DNA of 64,000 nt, taken from assembly GCA_002269645.1 (NCBI GenBank), contig NIVC01001163.1, positions 165,135 through 229,134 of the forward strand, read 5' to 3'. Origin of the DNA: Macrostomum lignano. Taxonomy: Eukaryota. Of this stretch, positions 1-12,429 are shown piece after piece. The notes under the pieces are model-generated. The model ran no database searches. It had not been told where the DNA came from and saw nothing but the letters and a program-made list of their open reading frames with translations. Position numbers and translations under genes: made by a program. Position 1 is the stretch's first letter. Each line of letters starts with the position of its first letter.

Positions 1-1
1 G

Positions 2-51
<50 letters not shown>

Positions 52-377
52 TTGTTGTTCGTTTTGTCAAGTTTGGCGCCTTGTACTTCTTCTGGCGCTG
101 GAGTCGACTCCGACGGTTGGGGCAGCGGCGGCGGCGGCGGCGGTGGCGATTCGGGAGACGCCGGGGGTGTCAGCGGGGCGGAGTCCTCGCTGATGATTGC
201 GGCGGCGGCGGCGGTCTGTTTCGGAGTGGCAGCTATCGATGCTTCCGAGCCATTGCGAAGGTCGCCAGCCGTCTCTAGGTCCTGACTGTCCTCTTGCTGC
301 TGCGGCAGCACCTCGCAAGTCTTGGATTTCCGTTTGATCTTCATTCTGAGAGCGGGGGAGTCCTTGTCTGTAGCCAT
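1..377 (-). CDS. Probable first coding exon of an unidentified low-complexity protein (runs off the window)
   Basis: Open frame from ATG at 377: MATDKDSPALRMKIKRKSKTCEVLPQQQEDSQDLETAGDLRNGSEA...APLTPPASPESPPPPPPPLPQPSESTPAPEEVQGAKLDKTNNNNSSSS. No stop to the window edge; GC-rich codon usage like the other exons. Not in the ORF track. No family recognised. Confidence 0.45.
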
Positions 378-1149
378 GCTCTGCCGGCTGTGTGTTTAAA
401 ACTAGACGCTGATTTTATCGCACAGATTGACAGGCGGGTGAAATTTATTAATATGCAATCGCCAGCGCTGGGCCAGCGAGCTTGCAGAGGGGGGGGGGCG
501 GCGGCACAAGTGGAGCGGCAATCACACAAAGGCCAGGACAGAGAGACTGTGAGAATTGCGGCCCCGCAGTTTTGGCTTGTTTGGCTTGAGTGAATGAGAG
601 TGGCAGTGGGGTGGGGGGCGGTCGAAAGGAAAAGGTTGGCAAGATGATCGGTAGAGGGTTGAGCTGCAACAGCAAATACGATTAGGGCACTGGAGTTTTT
701 ACTGCAAAGAGAGGCCACAAATGAGGGCGTGGTGGTGAAGGAAGGCTGTCTGCCAAGGCTGGCCCGCGGTTGGCTGAGTCGTGACGAACCAATCGAAAGC
801 GTCCAGGGTCTTGGTGGGGAGGGGTGGGAGAGTCAAAGCTGCAAGCGGTCAGGAAAGGAAGGGCCACAATCCAGCGTATGATATTATTGATTCACTAATA
901 AAGTGGCCAGCAAATCTTCGTGACTGACTGAGGGGCCGGCAGTTCTGCTTTGGTTAGCCTAATTCGACTGGCTTTTAGTAGAGTAAAATGTTGATCAGCT
1001 ACACTTAGCTCGCAGAGTCAGCTGGTAAAATGTTTAGCACTTATAGATTATTAAGTCGGTGGAGACTTAGTGTAGTTTGACTGGTTCTTATTAACTGAAG
1101 GCCTTGGGAAACCGAAATCATAATCACAAATTAATAAAACCTTACGTCC

Positions 1150-1745
1150 TTCAGTGGGCGTCAGTACACCCCTCCGTCCTTCAGAAGGCGTCAGTACACC
1201 CCTCTGTCCTTCAGTGGGCGTCAGTACATCCCTCCGTCCTTCAGTGGGCGCCAGTACACCCCTCCGTCCTTCAGAAGGCGTCAGTACACCCTCCGTCCTT
1301 CAGAAGGCGTCAGTACACCCTCCGTCCTTCAGAAGGCGTCAGTACACCCTCCGTCCTTCAGAAAGCGTCAGTACACCACTCCGTCCTTCAGAAGGCGTCA
1401 GTACACCCCTCCGTCCTTCAGAAGGCGTCAGTACACCACTCCGTCCTTCAGTGGGCGCCAGTATACCCTCCATCATTCAGTGGGCGCCAGTATACCCTCC
1501 ATCATTCAGTGGGCGCCAGTATACCCTCCATCATTCAGTGGGCGCCAGTATACCCTCCATCATTCAGTGGGCGTCAGTGCACCCTCCATCATTCAGTGAG
1601 AGCCAGTACACCCCATCAGTCAGTGAGAGCCAGTACACCCCCATCAGTCAGTGAGAGCCAGTACAACCCCATCAGTCAGTGGGAGCCAGTACACCTCTCC
1701 ATCAGTCAGTGAGAGCCAGTACACCCCTCCATCAGTCAGTGGCGC
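1150..1745. repeat. Minisatellite, about 29-30 bp unit (CAGTACACCCCTCCGTCCTTCAGAAGGCGT) drifting into related variants
   Basis: Visible tandem copies. Confidence 0.95.
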
Positions 1746-1792
1746 CAGTGCCTCCTCCCCATTATGAATATGTTATATTTTTAATTGCCCAG

Positions 1793-1939
1793 AGCAGACC
1801 CGATTGCAGCAGACTACACCGAAGTTTGCAGAGAAACTCTGCAGCAAATAAACTTTCCCAAGAAATCTTATTTTCCAACAAGTTTCAAAGCATTCTCCTG
1901 CCAAGCTCAAGTTCACGCAGACAGCTTGTATATGCGGCA
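1793..1939 (+). CDS. Candidate internal exon of an unidentified gene
   Basis: ttaattgcccag acceptor; open frame ADPIAADYTEVCRETLQQINFPKKSYFPTSFKAFSCQAQVHADSLYMR; CA|GTGAGG donor (phase 2) matches the phase of the next candidate exon. Confidence 0.35.
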
Positions 1940-2102
1940 GTGAGGCAGAGTCCCAGCCACTTGAATGGCGTGCTGGCGAAGCCCGAACAGCTATCTGCAT
2001 TGTGCAAACACAGTATATTGGGCTTCTATTTCTGTGTTCTTATCTGCCCGGCTCTGTCTATTTCTTTATTCGATTTTCTGTTCTCTGCACAATGCGCTGC
2101 AG

Positions 2103-2312
2103 TCCAGCAGTGCCTGACACCTTGAAGAGCGCGTTGAGTGACTATAGAGTGAGGTGGCGGCTGCCGAATGAGAAAAATAAGTGGCTTCAGCACAAACTGC
2201 CAGCAGCAGCAAAGTCTGCAGAGTGCAAAGAACAAATTGGACTGTCTGAGAGCCAGGTGCTGCTAGCTCAAGGCTTGAGGCAGAGGCCTTTTCAACATTC
2301 GTTCAATGACAA
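2103..2312 (+). CDS. Candidate internal exon of an unidentified gene
   Basis: ctctgcacaatgcgctgcag acceptor (phase 2); open frame PAVPDTLKSALSDYRVRWRLPNEKNKWLQHKLPAAAKSAECKEQIGLSESQ...FND; the 3' boundary is tentative. Confidence 0.35.
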
Positions 2313-2397
2313 GTTGGAACCCTTAATTAAACTAATTAAAATGCAACTTCTTAATCCGCTTTTGCCCAGGCTCTCGATTTATATTTATCGCGCTAGA

Positions 2398-3000
2398 TCT
2401 CTCCCCATCTCCCCACTCTCTTCTCATCTCCCCACTCTCTCCCCATCTCCCCACTCTCTCCCCATCTCCCCACTCTCGCCCCATCTCCCCACTCTCTCCC
2501 ACCCTCTCTTCCACTCTCTCCCACTCTCTCTCACCCTCTCTCACCCTCTCACACTCTCTCCCACTCTCTCCCCATCTCCCCACTCTCTCCCACCCTCTCT
2601 TCCACTCTCTCCCACTCTCTCTCACCCTCTCTCACCCTCTCACACTCTCTCCCACTCTCTCCCACTCTCTCCCCATCTCCCCACTCTCTCCCACCCTCTC
2701 TTATATTCTCTCCCACCCTCTCCCCATCTCCCCACTCTCCCTCACCCTCTCCCACCCTCTCTTCCACTCTCTCCCACTCTCTCTCACCCTCTCTCACCCT
2801 CTCACACTCTCTCCCACCCTCTCCCGCTCTCCCACTCTCTCTCACCCTCTCTCACCCTCTCACACTCTCTCCCACCCTCTCCCGCTCTCCCACTCTCTTT
2901 CACCCTCTCCCGCCCTCTTCCACCGTCGTTCACTCTCTCCCACCCTATCCCACCCTATCCCACTCTCACCCCCCTCTCCCACTCTTTCCCACTCTCTCCC
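2398..3000. repeat. CT-rich low-complexity repeat (CTCTCCCACT-type)
   Basis: Pyrimidine-rich tandem sequence. Confidence 0.95.
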
Positions 3001-3587
3001 ACCCTTGCAGATTTGCAATTAAAAATCATTGGCTACCCGTCTTCATCGTGTGACCTCACGTTCTAGGATTAGTGGATCAGCAGGAAACCTGGTGTGGCAG
3101 CGAACTACCCAGGTCCAAACCATTAATTGTAATCCAAAAAGAAGCCAAATATGAATAGAACAAAATCAGTGACCGATCACCCACCCCGCAAACATTGAGC
3201 ATTTTCCCTGCTTAAGAACAGAGTAGCTTCTTAGCTTGTTGGCAGTTGCAGAAGATAATTATCGCGGGTCGTCATCGCGATCTAGGCGGGATTCAGAGGA
3301 CAGAAGTTGGCAGCAGGGAGGCAGCCACCCCCCCCCCCCAGCGCAGGCGGCCATTTGTTGTCGCCTTTCATTTGCTATCCCATATTTGCCGGCGTCCCGA
3401 CATGGGCGCGGCGCGCAGGCACGCGACAACTGTCACCGGAGCCGCGTGCCCCGCGTGTTTACTCAGGAGGCACCGCCGGCGCCCGGGGGGGGGGGGTAAG
3501 CAAAATGGGAGGAGTCTTAAAGAGAGTTCCCGGCTAAACCTTGGAGTCCCAGAGCTAGAATCTGGTTCGCACTCGGTTTTCAGACAA

Positions 3588-4462
3588 CTACACCTTTTTA
3601 CTTTCTATTTTGAAAAATCTGCACTCAATATTGACATCTTTGCATTCAATTTTGACACTGTGTTACAAAACAGTGCCTTTATCTCGCCGTCTATGGAACA
3701 AAGCTTGCATATGCGCATCCACTTTTGACAGAGTGCATCCAGAAGTGACAGATTGCAGTAGCACACATTGAAAACAACCTTAGTTAACCGTATAAATACA
3801 GTAGCTAATCAGTTTGCCAAGTCGTATTACGTTCTGTATGGCATGTCCGCGAGTCAACGCCTAAGTTAGCGACGACGACAGGAGGCGGTTAACGACTTTT
3901 TTACCTGGCTCGTGCCTTGGGGATCAAAAGAACCACAGCGTATGCCGTTGGTAGAAGTGGACGAATAAAAAAGCTGCCAAATGGAGATCAGATTAGAGTT
4001 CAAATCAGGACATGCTGGCGGTTTCATGAAGAACCTCGATTGAGACAAATCCCAATATTGCTCTGGCCGGGACCTGGGATCAGCGAACACTCGCCGGGGC
4101 GATTGGCCAGGGCGAACTCTCACCGGATCAGTCAGGGCGCGTAGGCCCCGCTAGGGTTGGGATCGGATCTTTAATTGTCACTTCTGGGTGCACTCTGTCA
4201 AAAGTGGATGCGCATATGCAAGCTTTGTTCCATAGACGGCGAGATAAAGGCACTGTTTTGTAACACAGTGTCAAAATTGCTTGCAAATTGTTAATTAAGG
4301 TTGAAGTTTGTCATTTTTCGGTTGAAATTCATCATTATTGCAATTGAGTTTGTCAAAATAGGTTGAACATTTCTACAAGCAATGCCACAGACTGTCAAAA
4401 TTGAATGCAAAGATGTCAATATTGAGTGCAGATTTTTCAAAATAGAAAGTAGAAAGGTGTAG
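3588..4462. mobile_element. Non-autonomous TIR element (MITE-like, probably Tc1/mariner superfamily)
   Basis: 3647-3750 is the reverse complement of 4176-4279, and about 3588-3657 of 4393-4462 (one mismatch each). The right arm carries about 113 bp extra. Ends read TA|CACC...GGTG|TA. Confidence 0.75.
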
Positions 4463-5074
4463 CGAAGCGCACGTGTCCTATCGCCAGTAGAACGCCACAG
4501 ACAATGGTGGACCTGACGTCGAAGAAAGTTGCGATGCAGATTTTTGTCTGTGCGGCCAGGCTGCATAAAGATTGGGGGAAGAGAGTTAGCAATCCAAGTT
4601 CCGGTTCTCGGGTCTCCCTGGCTGAACCCGCCGCCGCCTTCATTTGTCCCAGCAGAGAGCTTTTCCCCTCGGCTTTTCTAACTCCCCACCCTCCCCAGCT
4701 GCATGCTTCCTTGTCTTCCCAAACCCCTGGGGGGCCGTCGGGTGAAGTCAGATTTCGTTAACTTGCGGATTTTGTTGGGCTATCAGGCTAAATCTGTGTC
4801 CCACGGTCAGTGACGTCATGCCCTGCGAATGGACGATGGGCAAAGCTGACAGTGTAGGGATGGGTCTGTGGAATCAGTGCTGATTGAACACATTGCCGCG
4901 TCAGCCTGTTTGTCATCCCACTAAGCAGGCCAGATTCCGAACTCTTACAGAGGCGGGCTTAGCAACTGCTGAAGGCAGGCTCAGTCCGGTGCCCTCTGGT
5001 TCTCCATTTCACTTTACTTGGGGATTTCAATGGGATTTTATTCAGTTCAAATTGTCCTTACCCATTTCCCAATA

Positions 5075-5375
5075 GGTACTTTGGGATTTTACAGTTGGGA
5101 TTTTACAGTTGGGATTTTACAGTTGGGAGTTTACAGATGGGATTTTACATTTGGGATTATAAAGTTGGGATTTTACAGTTGGGAGTTTACAGATGGGATT
5201 TTACAGTTGGGATTATAAAGCTGGGATTTTACAGTTGGGATTATACAGATGGGATTTTACAGTTGGGATTATAAAGCTGGGATTTTACAGTTGGGATTAT
5301 AAAGCTGGGATTTTACAGTTGGGATTTTACAGTTGGGATTATAAAGTTGGGATTTTACAGTTGGGATTTTACTGT
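5075..5375. repeat. Minisatellite built on GGGATTTTACAGTT (14 bp) and variants
   Basis: Visible tandem copies. Confidence 0.95.
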
Positions 5376-5821
5376 TGAAATTTAGAATACCTTTTAATGA
5401 TTTCTAGAAAAATGTTATGCTTTATGCATTTTACGAAACAGAGTTTAAAAATATTTACCAGCGAGATTTAATGCTCTTAAGCAAGTTGTTTTTGCTAGTT
5501 AATGTGTTCCCTAATATCTACCATGTCAGACGTTAATTTTATGCCCACCAAAGCAGAGACAAACTAGCCCAGCGGATGAAGCAAGTCCAGCCTCACTCTC
5601 TGAAGTTCTTTCTCTCCATTTTCTTTCTTCATCCTCCTAAGCCAGCAATCGATAAAGGCTAGAGATGAGGCCACCGGAGAGCGAGGACCTGCAGGGACTG
5701 ATTGAGGACGAACTGCAGTCAGGCTTTTTTGGGCTCACAGCCACCGCACAGGGAGCGAGCAGCGAGGTTTGGCTGGCAATTTGAAGGACAGGTCGAACTG
5801 CTGGTGGGGAGCGGCTGGAGA

Positions 5822-6220
5822 CTGAGTGACTCACTGAGTGAGTGAGCCATAACTGATGAGTGAGTGAGTGAGTGAGCCATAACTGATGAGTGAGTGAGTG
5901 AGCCATAACTGATGAGTGAGTGAGTGAGCCATAACTGATGAGTGAGTGAGTGAGCCATATATAATGAGTGAGTGACTGAGCCATAACTGATGAGTGAGTG
6001 AGTGAGCCATAACTGGTGAGTGAGTGAGTAAGTAAGTAAGTGAGTGAGTGGGTGAGTGAGTGAGTGAGTAAGTAAGTAAGTGAGTGAGTGGGTGAGTGAG
6101 TGAGTGAGTGAGTGAGTGAGTGAGTGAGTGAGTGAGTGAGTGAGTGAGTGAGTGAGTGAGTGAGTGAGTGACTGAGTGAGTGAGTGAGTGAGTGAACGAG
6201 TGAGTGAGTGAGTGAGCCAG
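5822..6220. repeat. (TGAG)n microsatellite with GCCATAACTGA interruptions
   Basis: Visible. Confidence 0.95.
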
Positions 6221-6645
6221 CCATAACCAAGCCGTACTGGGACAATAACCGATGGGGATAAAAGAAATCTATCAATGCCGCACAGCATATAGAAAAGCAG
6301 AAACTGAACGAGAGAGGCGAGGCAGAAATGGGAGAAGTGGAAGCGAGACGGTCTGTGGGGAGAATTGGGCCCAAATATCAGCCAGTGTTTACTGCCTCTA
6401 TTCCCAATTCACCGCCCGCAGCCTCTTTCCGGTTGAGCTTCCTCACCAAGCTTCATGAGCAGCTTGAGCCCAACTTCTGAGCACGCAGTCTGCGCCGCTC
6501 TCAGCCATCCACTCTTTGCAGCCCTCAGCAGACGAACCCACCGGGCAAAACCTCAGTGCAACAAACAGCCCGCTATGAAAGTTTGCTGCGATTGTTCAGA
6601 AAAAATAGCAATGAGAAAATAGAAACCCTTAAGTTATTTCCTTTT

Positions 6646-7260
6646 GCGGGGCAACTGACCCCTCTAGAACTATCCGGGGCAACTGACCCCTCTAGAACTA
6701 TCCGGGGCAACTGACCCCTCTAGAACTATCCGGGGCAACTGACCCCTCTAGAACTATCCGGGGCAACTGACCCCTCTAGAACTATCCGGGGCAACTGACC
6801 CCTCTAAAACTATCTGGGGCAACTGACCCCCTATAAGTATCTGAGGGGCAACTGACCCCTCTAGAACTATCCGGGGCAACTGACCCCTCTAAAACTATCT
6901 GGGGCAACTGACCCCCTATAAGTATCTGAGGGGCAACTGACCCCTCTAAAACTATCTGGGGCAACTGACCCCCCTATAAGTATCTGAGGGGCAACTGATC
7001 CCTCTAGAACTATCCGGGGCAACTGACCCCTCTAAAACTATCTGGGGCAACTGACCCCCTATAAGTATCTGAGGGGCAACTGACCCCTCTAGAACTATCC
7101 GGGGCAACTGACCCCTCTAGAACTATCCGGGGCAACTGACCCCTCTAGAACTATCAGGGGCAACTGACCCCTCTAGAACTATCTGAGGGGCAACTGACCC
7201 CTTATAAGTATCTGAGGGGCAACTGACCCCCCTTATAAGTATCTGAGGGGCAACTGACCC
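6646..7260. repeat. Minisatellite, about 28 bp unit GGGGCAACTGACCCCTCTAGAACTATCC
   Basis: Visible tandem copies; unit has a GGGG..CCCC mini-hairpin. Confidence 0.95.
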
Positions 7261-7953
7261 AACCTCAAGAGTCAGAAGCAGTCGACTTCATTACCCCAGC
7301 CCTGTGAAAGTGTTTAGCAAGTTGTAAAAGGAACGCTTGTACTCAAGCATTAGTCGCATAACTGTTAACAATAGTAAGACTCAAGAACCTTGACAGCTGA
7401 GTGAGGCAAAGGCAATTTGAGAGCAACAGAAAGAAACGAAGGAGGACGAGTAAAAAAGTAAAGAAAAGTTGCTCTGGTTGCAAACAGCCAAAGCCAATTT
7501 CAGCACGAGTGGCTCGCTTTCGCAATTGTCTAAAGCTAAAAGGCCTCCCTAGCCTCCAAGGCTCGCGCAGTGCATGTGCGACAGGCAGCCTCGCTGCTTA
7601 ATCAAACAGGACTGGTTAACAAGCTTTTCCGAAGCACCGCGTGGGGCCCCGACATCTCAGCTTCTCTCTCTGTCCCCCACCTTCCCCGCTTTGGCCCAGC
7701 TGTGAGGGCGCACTGGAATGCAGACCATATAAGCTATTAAATGCGGGGCCAGGGGGAATGAGAGAAAACAGTTTCTTCAATTGCTTGCCAGCTCTCTCTC
7801 ATTCTAAGCCTGTCTGCAGCACCACTGGGGCAGACGGAGTGTGCGGATTTAGCGGGTATACGGACTGCTGGCAGATAAGATATGCCATGGGGTGTTTACG
7901 GCCTTGACCAGAGTACAGGGCTGTCACTTCACAGTTCCTAGCTGGTCTGCTGT

Positions 7954-8786
7954 ATGTGGTCTGGTGAGTGACCCATGTGGTCTGGTGAGTGTGTGACCCA
8001 TGTGGTCTGGTGAGTGTGTGACCCATGTGGTCTGGTGAGTGAGTGACCCATGTGGTCTGGTGAGTGTGTGACCCATGTGGTCTGGTGAGTGTGTGACCCA
8101 TGTGGTCTGGTGAGTGAGTGACCCATGTGGTCTGGTGAGTGTGTGACCCATGTGGTCTGGTGAGTGTGTGACCCATGTGGTCTGGTGAGTGTGTGACCCA
8201 TGTGGTCTGGTGAGTGTGTGACCCATGTGGTCTGGTGAGTGAGTGACCCATGTGGTCTGGTGAGTGTGTGGCCTATGTGGTCTGGTGAGTGTGTGACCCA
8301 TGTGGTCTGGTGAGTGTGTGACCCATGTGGTCTGGTGAGTGAGTGACCCATGTGGTCTGGTGAGTGTGTGACCCATGTGGTCTGGTGAGTGTGTGACCCA
8401 TGTGGTCTGGTGAGTGAGTGACCCATGTGGTCTGGTGAGTGTGTGACCCATGTGGTCTGGTGAGTGTGTGACCCATGTGGTCTGGTGAGTGAGTGACCCA
8501 TGTGGTCTGGTGAGTGTGTGACCCATGTGGTCTGGTGAGTGTGTGACCCATGTGGTCTGGTGAGTGTGTGACCCATGTGGTCTGGTGAGTGAGTGACCCA
8601 TGTGGTCTGGTGAGTGTGTGACCCTTGTGGTCTGGTGAGTGTGTGACCCTTGTGGTCTGGTGAGTGAGTGACCCTTGTGGTCTGGTGAGTGTGTGACCCT
8701 TCTGGTCTGGTGAGTGTGTGACCCATGTGGTCTGGTGAGTGTGTGACCCATGTGGTCTGGTGAGTGTGTGACCCATGTGGTCTGGT
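7954..8786. repeat. 25 bp minisatellite ATGTGGTCTG|GTGAGTGTGTGACCC, about 33 copies
   Basis: Visible; every unit carries a consensus plus-strand splice donor CTG|GTGAGT. Confidence 0.95.
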
Positions 8787-8789
8787 CCG

Positions 8790-9243
8790 TGGCCTACTCA
8801 GTGCCTGATGCCCATGGCTTACTCAGTGCCTGATGCCCATGGCCTACTCAGTGTCTGATGCCCATGGCCTACTCAGTGCCTGATGCCCATGGCCTACTCA
8901 GTGCCTGATGCCCATGGCCTACTCAGTGCCTGATGCCCATGGCCTACTCAGTGTCTGATGCCCATGGCCTACTCAGTGCCTGATGCCCATGGCCTACTCA
9001 GTGCCTGATGCCCATGGCCTACTCAGTGCCTGATGCCCATGGCCTACTCAGTGCCTGATGCCCATGGCCTACTCAGTGCCTGATGCCCATGGCCTACTCA
9101 GTGTCTGATGCCCATGGCCTACTCAGTGCCTGATGCCCATGGCCTACTCAGTGCCTGATGCCCATGGCTTACTCAGTGCCCTGATGCCCATGGCTTACTC
9201 AGTGCCTGATGCCCATGGCCTACTCAGTGCCTGATGCCCATGA
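8790..9243. repeat. 25 bp minisatellite GGCCTACTCAGTGCCTGATGCCCAT, about 18 copies
   Basis: Visible; directly abuts the previous array. Confidence 0.95.
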
Positions 9244-10009
9244 CAGTGTTTGATGTCAAATGAAAATTCGCAATCAGACAACAGCAACCCGAATCCGAGT
9301 TTCATTTATGGTTCCGAAGGGAAGGAAAAGTGCTGTAGACAAAAATTGCATTATAAATTTATTAATATAGTAAAGTGAACATAAAAATGACAAAGTTGAA
9401 GGCATAAAACACACACTTAGACAACAGTCGCACAGTATAAGCTGAGTTAGTATCAAATAGTTAACAAAAGCAATTGGAAAGAGCTGATGCTCAGTATAAA
9501 CTGTCATGTGTAAGCTTTTTTATTGTGCCTCAGGAAAGAAAAACTCGAAACAGAAGAAGACTATGCCAAAAAATAAATCAAGCTAATCGCAAACTACTGT
9601 CAGTAGCCTATTGCACAATAATTCCGTGAATTGTTGTAAATAATAGCAGAGTATTAAATTGAAAAATTAAGACTAATAAAGCTAAGAAATAGAGCTATGT
9701 ATGTGTATAATACAGGGACAGATTAAGCAATACCTATATAACTGCATAGCAAAAGGATTGAATCCAATCATAAGCGAGAGAGACAGACAGTCTATCCTAT
9801 CTGTAATTACAGCATATTGTGGAGTAGGACAGGTCAAAACAGGGAAGGCCTGAGTCAAAACAACAAAAATCAATAACACTGCGGCTTATGTTAGATCGCT
9901 GCACTGGCAGATAACTTGATTATTAGTATAATTAACAGCAGATTAAGACAGTTTGACATGTCAAAAACGATTTTGAGTGGCAATGCCACGTCAAGTGAAA
10001 GTGAGGGAG

Positions 10010-10500
10010 GCCTTTGTCAGGGTCACTATCAGGGGAGGCCAATGTCAGGGTCAATATCAGGGTAGGCCAATGTCAGGGTCAGTATCAGAGGGGGCAATGT
10101 CAGGGTCAATATCAGAGGGGGCAATGTCAGGGTCAATATCAGAGGGGGCAATGTCAGGGTCACTATCAGAGGGGGCAATGTCAGGGTCAATATCAGAGGG
10201 GCAATGTCAGGGTCAATATCAGAGGGGGCAATGTCAGGGTCACTATCAGAGGGGGGCAATGTCAGGGTCACTATCAGAGGGGGGCAATGTCAGGGTCACT
10301 ATCAGAGGGGGCAATGTCAGGGTCACTATCAGAGGGGGCAATGTCAGGGTCAATATCAGAGGGGGCAATGTCAGGGTCACTATCAGAGGGGGGCAATGTC
10401 AGGGTCAATATCAGAGGGGGCAATGTCAGGAGGAGGCAATGTCAGGAGGGGGCAATGTCAGGAGGGGGCACTGTCAGGGGCAATGCCAGGAGGGGGCAAT
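10010..10500. repeat. About 27 bp minisatellite CAATGTCAGGGTCAATATCAGAGGGGG just past the NOSTRIN stop
   Basis: Visible. Confidence 0.9.
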
Positions 10501-10505
10501 GCCAA

Positions 10506-11318
10506 TCAGAAGTCCTCGGCATAGGAGCCGGGAAAGATGCCCCTGTTGCCGGAGGAGTCCTCGCCGAGCCACCAGCCGTCGGCGCACTTCTCCAGCACGC
10601 TGACGACGTCGCCCTCGCGCAGGCTGAGCTCGTCATCGCCTGTGGCTGGATAGTCGAACAGGGCGCGGGCCCAGCCGCAAACTCGAACAGCTGCGTCCGC
10701 TGCATCAACCGACTCAGCTTCAGCTGGCGATTCTGACTCCGGCTCCTCAGCCGTGGTGCTCAGCTGAGTCGGGTGCGGGGGCGGCAGCGGAGCGCGCTGG
10801 CGCCGGGCGGAGGTCGGTGGCGCGGTGTCCGAAGCTTGGCACTGCGGCAAGTCCAGCTGTGCGTAGGTCGGATCGTCCAGATCGTCAGCGCTGTCGGTCA
10901 GGTGTCGGCAATTCAACAGTCCGCCGGATGCAGCCTCTCGACTGACATCGTCAGCACCGTAGTCGCGAAGGTCCGGCAGAGCGGCCGCGCCGGCGGAGGC
11001 GGCCGTGGCGTGGCCGGCTGCAGTGGAGGAGTTGTTGGAAGAATCAGCTGACTGAGCAGAGGAGGCGCGGCGCAGGGCTGGCGCCAGCCGGAGCACCGTC
11101 TGCGGCATCCCCAGGCGGTCCTTGCTGCGCTCCAGACAGTGCGCCAGGCTGAACACCGGCCTGCAGGGCGGCGGCGACCCGGCCAGGGCGTGCAGCGCCA
11201 GCTCCTGCTTGTAGCGGGAGGCCTCCAGGAACAGCAGGGTGGAGCTGATGCTGGCCAGCTTGGAGGCCGCCTCGTGCTGCGATGCTGCCTCGGCGAAGCC
11301 CGGACTGCTGCTGTACAC
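10506..11318 (-). CDS. NOSTRIN: NOSTRIN-like, exon 6 (end of HR1-like region plus SH3 domain, stop)
   Basis: ctctccgcag acceptor; VYSSSPGFAEAASQ...LEASRYKQELAL resembles nostrin TYSSTSSFSD...LEANSYKL; SH3 ARALFDYPATGDDELSLREGDVVSVLEKCADGWWLGE...GIFPGSY. Confidence 0.9.
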   Translation of the reverse strand: MYSSSPGFAEAASQHEAASKLASISSTLLFLEASRYKQELALHALAGSPPPCRPVFSLAHCLERSKDRLGMPQTVLRLAPALRRASSAQSADSSNNSSTAAGHATAASAGAAALPDLRDYGADDVSREAASGGLLNCRHLTDSADDLDDPTYAQLDLPQCQASDTAPPTSARRQRAPLPPPHPTQLSTTAEEPESESPAEAESVDAADAAVRVCGWARALFDYPATGDDELSLREGDVVSVLEKCADGWWLGEDSSGNRGIFPGSYAEDF

Positions 11319-11624
11319 CTGCGGAGAGTGGCGCCGGGTTGATTATAGTAGTAATTCACTTTAATGGCTACTTCCAGTAGGAAAATGCCAGCAAAAATTA
11401 AGAAAGCCAGTCACATATTCAAACTAGTGTATCGCCAGCCACAGATATGATCGATTCACATTAATTTTGATGAAAAGCCATTGATATAATTTTGTTTTAC
11501 GTTAATATTAAAAGCATTAATATTACCTATTTACGTTAACTTGGATAGAACCATCAATATCAGTGTTTTAGTTGTCCCTGACAATTAAAATTATCAATTT
11601 ATTATCAATATTATCAATTAACGT

Positions 11625-12000
11625 TAACTTTGATAAAACCGTTAATATTATCGATTTACGTTAACTTTGATAAAACCATCAATATTATCGATTTACGTTA
11701 ACTTTGATAAAACCATTAATATTATCGATTTACGTTAACTTTGATAAAACCAGTAATATTATCGATTTACGTTAACTTTGATAAAACCATTAATATTATC
11801 GATTTACGTTAACTTTGATAAAAACATTAATATTATCGATTTACGTTAACTTTGATAAAACCATTAATATTATCGATTTACGTTAACTTTGATAAAAACA
11901 TTAATTTTATCGATTTACGTTAACTTTGATAAAACCATTAATATTATCGATTTACGTTAACTTTAATAAAACCATTAATATTATCGATTTACGTTAACTT
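11625..12000. repeat. 37 bp AT-rich intronic minisatellite (AATATTATCGATTTACGTTAACTTTGATAAAACCATT)
   Basis: Visible, about 10 copies. Confidence 0.95.
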
Positions 12001-12072
12001 CAAAAGCAACCAAGATAAACAATAGAATCGATAAAAAATAACACAATAAATATCGAAAGCAGACCCGCTCAC

Positions 12073-12429
12073 CTGAATCAACTTTTCCACTCCCTCTCTG
12101 CCCTTAATCTCCCGCTCAATGTCAGCGCAGATCATGGCAGTGTAGGACCTCAGCGCGGTCTCCCTGCGGCAGCGGTCCATCGGATTATTTAAATCTTCGG
12201 CGTAGCTCTCGAACAGCAGCTGCTCGCTGGCCTGCAGCAGGGCGCCGCGCTGCTCAACCACGGTGCCAATGTCAGCCTCGATGTCTGCGCCCGAGAGGCA
12301 GCGGTGCAGTCGGCCGCTGAGCTGGGCGTAGGCCGGCGCCAGCTGGTCCACCCGGCGCTGGTAGCGCTCCAGCATCTCGTGCGTCTGGCGCAGTCGGTCA
12401 GTTTCCAGAGCCTGCAGCTGCTCCGAGCC
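12073..12429 (-). CDS. NOSTRIN: NOSTRIN-like, exon 5 (F-BAR C-terminal part)
   Basis: C11-AG acceptor, CAG|GTGAG donor, phase 0/0; GSEQLQALETDRL...SEQLLFESYAEDLNNPMDRCRRE...KGREGVEKLIQ. Confidence 0.88.

Noticed and set aside
5655-5705. Collagen-like GERGPAGTD
   Set aside because: Only three triplets and then a stop.
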